DNA of 63,680 nucleotides, filler included, from Octopus bimaculoides (taxonomy: Eukaryota): the NCBI RefSeq assembly GCF_001194135.2. It is 12 parts of 10 records of this genome, joined end to end, with 100 filler letters (N's around TTAATTAATTAA, not from the genome) between each part and the next. Parts side by side here need not be neighbours in the genome. Positions count along the whole stretch, not along the records: positions 52,788 to 54,627 come from NW_026389780.1; positions 54,728 to 57,387 come from NC_069000.1; positions 57,488 to 61,147 come from NC_069010.1; positions 61,248 to 62,477 come from NC_068983.1; positions 62,578 to 63,680 come from NC_069006.1; 7 more parts are not named here. One strand, given 5' to 3'. Of the stretch, positions 53,913 through 63,680 are shown piece by piece. Numbering within the stretch: the stretch's first letter is position 1; every line of letters begins with the position of its first letter. The notes under the pieces are model-generated. The model was not told where the DNA came from. It did no database searches and was given only the letters and a program-made list of their open reading frames with translations. Position numbers and translations under genes: made by a program.

Positions 53913-54119
53913 GGAGAGAGGAACGGTTCAGAGAGGAGGGGGAAATAATCCAGGTTTTAGGAAGCGTCTCTTCTAAAACCACAAATATCACGTAAATTTT
54001 CACTTGCAAAATTTTGCGTGATCTGGCGATGAAAGCAGAGTTGGTACGGAAACAATTGTAACTGATCATTAAAGATGTGTTAAAATATTTCTTTGTCTTC
54101 TTACATGGATTATATGCAC

Positions 54120-54150
<31 letters not shown>

Positions 54151-55439
54151 AGTGTATATGCGTGTGTGTGTGTATGCGTGTGTATGTATGTATATATACA
54201 TATACACACACAGACACATTAGACAAACAGAGGATATATCATGAGTATTCCTGGCGAGGCGAGTTTCACCCAAAAGAAACGTGCTCAACAAATATACACA
54301 TAGATCATGAATTTGGTGGGAGAACAAACGGAGATTGCTAGCGTCCGAAACGTGACATAAAAATAATATGAACATGCTAAACTCCTTATAAATATTGTGT
54401 CTGCACACAGACACACAGACACACACGCACACGCACAGACACACACACATATACGACGGGCTTCTTTCAGTTTCCGTCTACCAAATCCACTCACAAGGCT
54501 TTGGTCGGCCCGAGGCTATAGTAGAAGACACTTGCCCAAGGTGCCACGCAGTGGGACGACTGAACCCGGAACCATGTGGTTCGTAAGCAAGCTACTTACC
54601 ACACAGCCACTCCTGCGCCTGTATATANNNNNNNNNNNNNNNNNNNNNNNNNNNNNNNNNNNNNNNNNNNNTTAATTAATTAANNNNNNNNNNNNNNNNN
54701 NNNNNNNNNNNNNNNNNNNNNNNNNNNTACACACATTTATACATGCATATATGTATGTATATGTGTACAAATATATTTCGTTTTGGGATTTGGTTTGCAA
54801 GATTCTTTATGTGAGTTCGTGTGTTGAAGCATATTCTGTTGTGTCTGGGGAGAGTCATTTTTTTGTGCCTTATAATTTAACACACTCGCCAGTAAAATTT
54901 CCACTTATATATTTATGAATTTCCGATGTTGATGAAATTTCAACTATAGGTAAGTGACACACGTTAAGAAGTATTCCCAAAGTTTCCCCTTTTCATGACG
55001 ATTCTAAGACCACCAAATGGTGGCCTTAACTCCCAAATTCTAGTTATTTTTTTATGGTCCAAAACTATCTCAAAATTACTGAATGGATCTTTATGAAATT
55101 TGGCAATTATATTCTATGCATAAGGACGGAAGTAATGCAGTATATGTTTGATAGTGAGGAGGCATAAATGATGCTATAACCCCCTTGAAAATTCATATAT
55201 TTTTGGTGTTGATGAAATTTTAACCATAGATATTAGACACAAATGAAGTAACATTTGTAAAATTTCAATTTCTTAGGAGTCAGTAAGATTCTTTAGTATG
55301 TATATGCATATATTCCTTAATATACATATACATATATATACACACATATATATATATGCATATATACACATATACATATATACACATATATACCTATATA
55401 TATACACACACACATATATATATATATACATATTCATAT

Positions 55440-55472
<33 letters not shown>

Positions 55473-55497
55473 GACATTACAAGCACATACATACAAA

Positions 55498-55540
<43 letters not shown>

Positions 55541-55621
55541 AATTGCAGCGTGGAAGGTGTTTATAAGCCATTTAAAATAACACACAAAATCCGTTAGATT
55601 CACTTCAACATTTAAATTTAA

Positions 55622-55672
55622 TTTGTCAAAATATTTTCGTCGCTTTGAGACCGCGACCTGTTCACTGACAAA
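55622..55672 (-). ncRNA. Hammerhead-fold motif with a G3:C8 core variant, family 4
   Basis: Minus strand UUUGUCA-GUGAACA-G-GUCGC(ggucucaaa)GCGAC-GAAAAUAUUU-UGACAAA. Perfect 7-bp stem I, perfect 5-bp stem II and palindromic stem III. Confidence 0.55.
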
Positions 55673-56240
55673 ATTCTGATATATACATATATATAGATAT
55701 ATACATTCTTTTTACNNNNNNNNNNNNNNNNNNNNNNNNNNNNNNNNNNNNNNNNNNNNNNNNNNNNNNNNNNNNNNNNNNNNNNNNNNNNNNNNNNNNN
55801 NNNNNNNNNNNNNNNNNNNNNNNNNNNNNNNNNNNNNNNNNNNNNNNNNNNNNNNNNNNNNNNNNNNNNNNNNNNNNNNNNNNNNNNNNNNNNNNNNNNN
55901 NNNNNNNNNNNNNNNNNNNNNNNNNNNNNNNNNNNNNNNNNNNNNNNNNNNNNNNNNNNNNNNNNNNNNNNNNNNNNNNNNNNNNNNNNNNNNNNNNNNN
56001 NNNNNNNNNNNNNNNNNNNNNNNNNNNNNNNNNNNNNNNNNNNNNNNNNNNNNNNNNNNNNNNNNNNNNNNNNNNNNNNNNNNNNNNNNNNNNNNNNNNN
56101 NNNNNNNNNNNNNNNNNNNNNNNNNNNNNNNNNNNNNNNNNNNNNNNNNNNNNNNNNNNNNNNNNNNNNNNNNNNNNNNNNNNNNNNNNNNNNNNNNNNN
56201 NNNNNNNNNNNNNNNNNNNNNNNNNNNNNNNNNNNNNNNN

Positions 56241-56295
<55 letters not shown>

Positions 56296-57895
56296 TACAT
56301 ACCAGCTCATATGTACGCAGATGATTAATCAACTGCGCTCTACTCCAAGTATTTAATGCAATTAGTTCCGATTTCATTGATGTTGAAAGAATGAAAGACA
56401 AAGTCTTGTTCGGTGATATTTGAACGCAAGACGTACAAAGACGATACGAAATTACGGCGAGACAGTCCGACTGCAGCTCTAACAGGGTTGGTATCTACCG
56501 CCTTGCCTTGAAAGAAAATTATGATTAAAAAGAGGAAATGCAAAATGAGTTCCTTTTTTGTAGCGACACTTGTGATGTAATACGAAAAAGCGGATAATTT
56601 GTAACGAATTACATAACTTCTGAAGTAACCGACAAATAAACATGCTTAAAATCAGACGTTTGACACCAGAAATAATAAATAGCTTTCATCCGTTAAGGAA
56701 GCTAAGACAAGTTCTGAAAGGGTCCTCTCTTTCTGTCTTCCTCTTTCTCTCTCTGCGTCTCCTTTGCCGTTTAAAATATGTGATATTTGATATGAAATCC
56801 TATTTAGAAAACGCGTGAATACACACATACAAACGTGTGTGCATATATATACGTATATATGTGTGTGTGTTTGTGTGTGTGCGTGTGTGTGTGTGTAAGT
56901 GTATGTAGTATATATATATTCATATACAACTGTTACTCTGCTGTTTCGGTCCAGTCATTAGACTTTGGCCATGCTGGAGTATTACCTTAAAGGGTTTTTA
57001 GTCGAATAAATCGACCCCAGGACTTATTCTTTGTAAGTCTAGTACTTATTCTATCTGTTTCTTTTGCCGAACCGTTAAGTTACGGGGACGTAAACACACC
57101 AACATCTGTTGTCAAGCGATGGTAGTGGTGGTGGTGATGGTGGTGGGGAAACACAAATACAAACACACACACACACACATACGACGGTCTTTTTTCAATT
57201 TCTGTCTGCCAAATCCACTCACAAGGCTTTGGTTGGTCCGAGGCTATAGTAGAAGACACTTGCTCAAGGTGCCACGCAGTGGGACTGAACCCGAAACCAT
57301 GTGGTTCGTAAGCAAGCTACTTACCACACAGCCTATCTAAACAAATATACAGCATTGTAAGCGATTGCAACGTTTTCAGTGCTCAACNNNNNNNNNNNNN
57401 NNNNNNNNNNNNNNNNNNNNNNNNNNNNNNNTTAATTAATTAANNNNNNNNNNNNNNNNNNNNNNNNNNNNNNNNNNNNNNNNNNNNATATATATATATA
57501 TATACTTGCAGTATACTCGTCATTAATCGGGAATTACTTTTACTGATTATGGGGAGCCACATTGAATGCACCATTATGTGTATAATTTACTTCTGTGTAT
57601 ATGTATATTTATAAGGGAAAAAACCTGTAATAATTAAATTAGCAGATCATTTTTTACATGAAGTTCTGTTTGTTTATTGCATGATAGTAATAAGTGAGAT
57701 GTTTGTGTTATTTTATTTCTCAATATATTAGTGAAAATTATATAATACATTACATTCAAATATGTAATATACTCATTTTTTAATGGAATGATAAATGGTA
57801 AATAGAGTTATTGAAGTATTCATGTTGTATTAAGAATTAATATTTTTTTATGAACAATGCTTTTTGTTTTATTTCAGGGTACATAAGCGTTTATT

Positions 57896-58400
57896 ACAAA
57901 CTATGAGAATGTTTGTGTCAGTGAAATTTGTGCACAATTAATCTTGTACCATTGAGACACGATATGTAATAGCATAATAGGAGGCCCCTTTATCGGTTGA
58001 AGACAATGAGGAGCTATACCTGGTGGTTGTAGTGAGTTAAAGAACGCAATGGGGTGGTTGACACTATCCTGATCATCAACGATACTGTCAATTGAGTTAT
58101 AAGTGAAGACTTCAGGAAGTTTATTCAATAGCATATTATTAACGGTATGTAGAGGAACATGTTTTGGAGCCAGGATAGCACAGTCACCGATATAGTCTGT
58201 ACAGTTGCAGTTATGAAGAAGATTAGGAAAACATCGACAGAATCAGCTGAATTATATGTGGCGTTGAGTGTAAGAAACTGTTCTTGAGCCAATGAGGATT
58301 ATCCGAGACGTGGTTATTGCTAGTTAAAAACTTTCCCTTCATCGAATTTCAAAAGCTGCTCTGCGAATAGTTCAGCTGACTGATCTCTTGAAAGCCTCAA
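57896..58400 (-). mobile_element. Helitron PIF1-helicase remnant (copy 1)
   Basis: LLNKLPEVFTYNSIDSIVDDQDSVNHPIAFFNSLQPPGIAPHCLQ...GPPIMLL. Confidence 0.85.
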
Positions 58401-58471
58401 TCTCATATAATAATTGAAGTAGAAAAGAGATGAACTTCATACATGAGCTTCTGTGTGTTTATTATATGACA

Positions 58472-59403
58472 CTAGCTGTTTTTCCCGGTTTCACTCGGGC
58501 AGTGTGGTGGATTTGGTTAAAGGCTATTTCCTATGTATATTTTGAATAATAAAAAGAACTAAAAATAAAAAAGCAAAAAATCCCAAAACAAAAAATGTAA
58601 GAACAACCCCAAAACAATACGATGCTAAGGATTTTGTGGATCGATATTGTAAAACTAACTTCACGTGTGTACCCATAGCCCCATGTAGTCACGGAACCTT
58701 ATTTGTGGTATAACCTCGCCTTAAAAGAAAAATATATGGTAGTGCGGTTGTTGTATTGGCGACACAAGAATGTTAATCGAAACTGTTCGAGATCAATCAT
58801 AGGCTGGACGTTCATGTACACTGATTAGAATTGTGAATTTCAATTATTGAAAACACGTTCCCGGATGCAGAGTCCGTTTGTCTCAATATGGAAAAGCTGT
58901 TTGAATGTCGACGTTTGAAGACATTTGTAACTGAAGTTAAAAAAAAACATAGTAATTAGAAAGAGCGTAANNNNNNNNNNNNNNNNNNNNNNNNNNNNNN
59001 NNNNNNNNNNNNNNNNNNNNNNNNAAAAAATTGAAATTATTATTTTTCTGCGCCTCTAATTAAAATTTTCGAAAAACAAACCCAGAACATTACTTGGAAA
59101 AAAATAATCTTTATTGTGCTGGTTTTTCGTAAAATTTCGCGCATGGGAAAGGCAACAAAATCGCCCCTCCCCACTTTGAATGGGATATTCCTATCTTAAA
59201 AAGTAATAATCGATTATCTCGGTAACCATGGGAGATGGAGGGCAATAAAAATCTCCTGAACATGAGCGGACCATGCTGCCGCTCTGTGCTGAATTCCACG
59301 CGATTCCACTGCACCGTTCTCGAGTGAATCTGCCGACACTCAATCAATCAATCAAGCAAGCAAGCAAGCAAGCAATCAAGAACACTGCAATTTATAGTAT
59401 AGA
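58472..59403 (-). mobile_element. Complete non-autonomous Helitron (Lep1-like architecture)
   Basis: 5' TC at 59403-59402 preceded by host A. The 3' hairpin cccg-agtgaaac-cggg is followed by CTAG (58475-58472) and host T. Internal (CAAT)/(CAAG) microsatellite near the 5' end. Confidence 0.8.
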
Positions 59404-59879
59404 TTAGTGAGTTTTCTTTTTTTTTATTATTATATTTATCAATACAGTAGTGGTAATTATATAATACAGTTCAATGAAATAGGTAATTTAGTCATTCTTA
59501 AATGTAATGATAGTAAGTTAATGAAGAATTCATGTTGCATTTAAAGTGAATATTTCTTTTTAAATAATGTTTTTTTAAATTTTATGTCGGGGTGCACAAG
59601 CAAATAAGATTTACTTTTGCTCCCACACGTGATGCTCCTACATAAAGTTGGCCATGTGAAATGCATGGTTCTTGAAGTTGCAATCCAGCAAGTTTTAGTG
59701 TTTGGCCCTGACATTTATTAATACTCATGGCAAAAGAAAGTCAGAAAACTGTAACCGTTTAAGTTGGAATGGGACATTAGATGATATAGCTGGTAGGCAA
59801 GGAATGAAGACAGATTCACATTTACCACAACCAGTGACAATATTTACCTCAATGCAGTTCCTCATGAATTTGTACACAA

Positions 59880-60825
59880 TAAATCTTGTAGAATTGCATC
59901 ATTTTAGTTGAGACAGACTACACAAAAGCATAATAAGAGTCATCGCTTTTTTCAGCTGAAGACAATGTGGTGCTGTACCTGGTGGTTCTAGTGAGTTTAA
60001 AAATTCGATGGGGTAGTTAACATTATCCTGATAATCAACAACACTATCAATTGAGTTATAAGTGAATATTTCTCCCGGAAGTTTATTAAATAGCATATTA
60101 CTAATACTATTTACAACATATTTTGAAGCCAGGATAGCTCGCTCAGTGATCCAATCTGTATTGATACAATTATGAAGAAGATTGGGAAAGATTTCATCCA
60201 CCAAATCAACCACGGAATCAGTTAAAGTACACATTGGATTGAATGTAAGAAACTGTTCTTCATCAATTGGAAGTTTCCCGTCACCGAGTTTCAAAAGCTG
60301 CTCTGCAAATCGTTCAACTGATTGATGTCTTGAAAGCCTTGATCTCTTATTTGTTGAAAGTTGAAGTGTTTTCACATGATGCCATAATACAGAATACTTT
60401 ATTGAAGTATTGAGCTCATCCACTTTTGTTTCTCGGAAGTCTCCTGACAATAATACCGTTACTGATCCCATCATGGAATTGCAATTCCTTATGTCTCGTA
60501 ATGTTCTGGCAACAGCTTCAAAAGCTGTTTTGTAGTCCATGGTACATTCGTCTCAGACAATTGAATGACATCTTTGTATTAGTTCACCCATTGCAGAATT
60601 TTAGGTATATTGCAAACTGGATCTTGTTTGTTAGATACATCTAAAGGTAACTTGAATGTTGATTGGGTAGTCTGACGTCTGGATGGTAATTTTGCTTCAA
60701 TCTCAGAGGTAACAGTAGCTAAAGCTATTTCATTTTCTTGACATACTTTAGCCAAGAGAAGTTTAATTAGAAATGTTTCCCAGTACCTCCTACAGCGTCT
60801 AGGAAATAAAGTCCTCCGGAGGAGA
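59880..60825 (-). mobile_element. Helitron PIF1-helicase remnant (copy 2)
   Basis: Walker A FLDAVGGTGK, AFEAVARTLRDIRNCNSMMGSVTVLLSGDFR and YPIEFLNSLEPPGTAPHCLQLK. Confidence 0.92.
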
Positions 60826-60832
60826 GAAAGCC

Positions 60833-60877
<45 letters not shown>

Positions 60878-61247
60878 GAGAGAGAGAAAGGAAAAAGCAA
60901 GAGAGACAGAAAGAAAGAGAGGGAAAATAGACAGATAGAAAAGAAAGAAAATCATGGTGACATCGTGACTGGCTTTAGTTTCACTTAGCGGCACAAACAA
61001 AGAGACAGAATATCTTTGAAGTAGCATGGCAGGGAGACAAACAGGCAGACAGATAGAGAACATATAGTGGGAGAGAGAATAGAGGAGACATAGAAATAAA
61101 ATCATAGAGAGATGTCTGGCCTGAGTTTCACTTTGTGCGACAAACAGNNNNNNNNNNNNNNNNNNNNNNNNNNNNNNNNNNNNNNNNNNNNTTAATTAAT
61201 TAANNNNNNNNNNNNNNNNNNNNNNNNNNNNNNNNNNNNNNNNNNNN

Positions 61248-61283
<36 letters not shown>

Positions 61284-62787
61284 TATAAGACACTTGCTGT
61301 CAGTAATTACTCTGGGTAGGAAGTTGGTGACCTTTATGTAGTAAAACACAAAAAATAAGCGAAGCACAGCTGCACGACTGAGTTGAAGGCAGATTTACTT
61401 CTGCCTTTATAGGACGTAAAGAAAACACTGTTGTAGGAGTGTACACAGCACGTGTACTACAGTACCACTATGCATAGCATAATACCGAGATTGAAAAGCA
61501 GGGACAAGTTATGCCTACCTAATCTACAAAAAATAAAATGTTTTGCATTTTATGCATAATAATTAGAATAACCTTCACAATTTTATTGAATTAAGTGCAT
61601 ATTTTGCCATAAAAGGAAAATGTTGCTATCGATCTATTTTATTCAAGGTAGGCACTGCCTACCTTGCCTACTTTGCCAGCACGTCCCTGATATAGATATA
61701 TATATCTTTTTCTATTTCTCTCAATCTCTCACTCTGACTGTCTCTCTTTCTCTCTCACACTCACCTTCCTCTCCTTCCTTGTCCTACTGGAGTAATCAAG
61801 TATCTCTTCTATGGCGAGACAACTATCTCTATCCCTCTATTATACTCTAACCTTTCACCTGTCTCGCAACCATTTCTCTTGGTTCCATTCCTTTTCTCAG
61901 TTGAGAGGCCTTTGTCTTGCAAGCTACTTGGCAACCCTGATGGCAGCTGGTACTGCAAAAAAAGTGCATGTGCTGGTGCCATGTAAAAAGCATCCAGTAC
62001 ACTCTGTAAAGTGGTTGGTGTTAGGAAGGGCATCCAGCCATAGAAACCATCACGAAATGGACAAATGAAACCTGATGCAGCTCTCTGGCTTGCCAGTTCA
62101 GGTCAAACTGTCCAACCCATACCAACATGTAAAATAGACATTAAATGATGATGTTGGTGATATATATACACAGAAAGAGAAAAGATGAGAAAACAGAAGA
62201 TTTGTTTTACAGGATTAAGGAGTATATTAGACTCATGATAATGAAGATATTATACAATTTTGTATAAAATATAGTATACGCGTAGGAGTGGCTGTGAGGT
62301 AAGTAGCTTGCATACCAACCACATGGTTCCGGATTCAGTCCCACTGCGTGGGATCTTGGGCAAGAGTCTTCTATAGCCTCGGGCCGACCAAAGCCTTGTG
62401 AGTGGATTTGGTAGACGAAAACTGAAAGAAGCCCGTTGTATATATGTATATATATAATCACGTGTTTTCACGAATGTNNNNNNNNNNNNNNNNNNNNNNN
62501 NNNNNNNNNNNNNNNNNNNNNTTAATTAATTAANNNNNNNNNNNNNNNNNNNNNNNNNNNNNNNNNNNNNNNNNNNNTTGACAACTGGGGTTTGTTTACA
62601 TCCCCGTAAATTAACAGTGCAGTAAAACAAAGAGACCGATAAAATAAACACCAGACTTTATAAAAGACAACCACCACATAAATACTGGTGCTGATGTGTT
62701 TGAGTAAAATCCTTCAACGCAAGTAATCCAGTATGTCCTTAGTACAATGTGTAAAACAATTAAAAAACTTAAAAGAAAATTTAATTT

Positions 62788-62977
62788 GGCGATCTTACGG
62801 TACGAGTCCTAAATATCGGCCTTTTCCGTAAAAAGTGTCTTCGGCAATCTTTACCAAAGATCGGCATTTTCCGTAACACCCTCACGATCTTCACTACGGT
62901 GTTAGGGTTAGGGTTAGTGTTTAAGGTTAGGCTTACGGAAAAGGCTGATATTTAAGACTCGTACCGTAAGATCGGCC
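62788..62977. mobile_element. 190-bp MITE with 41-bp TIRs and internal telomeric repeats
   Basis: 62791-62831 and 62933-62973 are inverted repeats with 2 mismatches. ttagggttagggttag lies at 62902-62917. Confidence 0.85.
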
Positions 62978-63680
62978 TTATTCTTTGTAATCCTAGTTCT
63001 TATTCTATCATCGTTTTTTGACAAACCGCTAAGTTTCAGGGACATAAACACATCAGCATCCGTTGTCAAGCCATGGTGGTGGACAAACACAGACACGCGC
63101 GCGCGCACACACATACATACACGACGGATTTCTTTCAGTTTCCATCTACGAAACGCACTCACAAGGCTATAGTGGAAGACACTTACCAAAGGTGCCACAC
63201 AGTGATGATTGTCTATTTTTACAATGACATTGTAGGATAGGTGTGAGAGGCCAGAACTGGCCAGTTTGAGAATATTTGGGTCAGATATGATCCATTTAAA
63301 TACTAAAGAGTTAATTTCTAGGTTACGTGCCTTCACAGTAGTATTGAACAATTGACAAGAGATGGTTTAACCAGGTTTAACACATCTCATGTGAAAACAA
63401 AGCCTTCTTCTTTGTTTTTACAAAGTCAACGGGTTTGTTTTCATTTCAGAGTCATGTCTGCAGTAGTACATAAAAAAAAAAAAGGGTGCAAGTTTGGCTG
63501 TGTCGTAAGAAGTTTGCTTCTCAACCTCATGGTTCCAGGTTCAGTCCCATCATGTGGTACCTTGGGCAAGTGTCTTTTGCTATAGCCTTGGGCTGACCAA
63601 AGCCTTGTGAGTGGATTTTGTAGATGGAAACTGAAAGAAGCCTGTCATATAAATCTAACGGAGGCCTCGAAAGACATTTT

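Noticed and set aside
11199-56401. Long ORFs rich in X, or in HT/VC/YI/LS repeats
   Set aside because: They are translations of N gaps and of (CA)n, (TA)n and (TAGA)n microsatellites.
62902-62917. Interstitial telomere or chromosome-fusion scar
   Set aside because: Fewer than three units, and they lie inside a MITE.

Overview
Eukaryotic, AT-rich, microsatellite-dense genomic DNA. The SINE/LINE repertoire, TTAGGG motif and gene structure suggest an octopod cephalopod (inference, not verified). The window is not one continuous locus. Eleven identical 100-bp artificial spacers (44 N + TTAATTAATTAA + 44 N) join 12 pieces whose adjacency is unproven. Two host genes are partly present. TACO1 (YebC-family mitochondrial translational activator of COX1) has four phase-compatible coding exons at 28390-38859 (+), with its 3' exon(s) missing. 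SFSWAP (suppressor of white-apricot, SURP domain) has two exons at 44112-45330 (+), and between them lies a candidate 45-nt stop-containing poison exon. The rest is mostly transposon debris: RTE, CR1/L2, Tx1/L1 and R4-like LINEs, Penelope-like elements (PLE), several tRNA-type SINE families, mariner, hAT, Helitrons (one complete non-autonomous copy) and a TTAGGG-containing MITE. The most interesting non-coding signals are several minimal hammerhead-ribozyme folds from different repeat families. One is intact and canonical. Another carries a compensatory G3:C8 swap of the catalytic-core C3:G8 pair. Repeat boundaries are approximate, and all family calls come from motif recognition without database searches.
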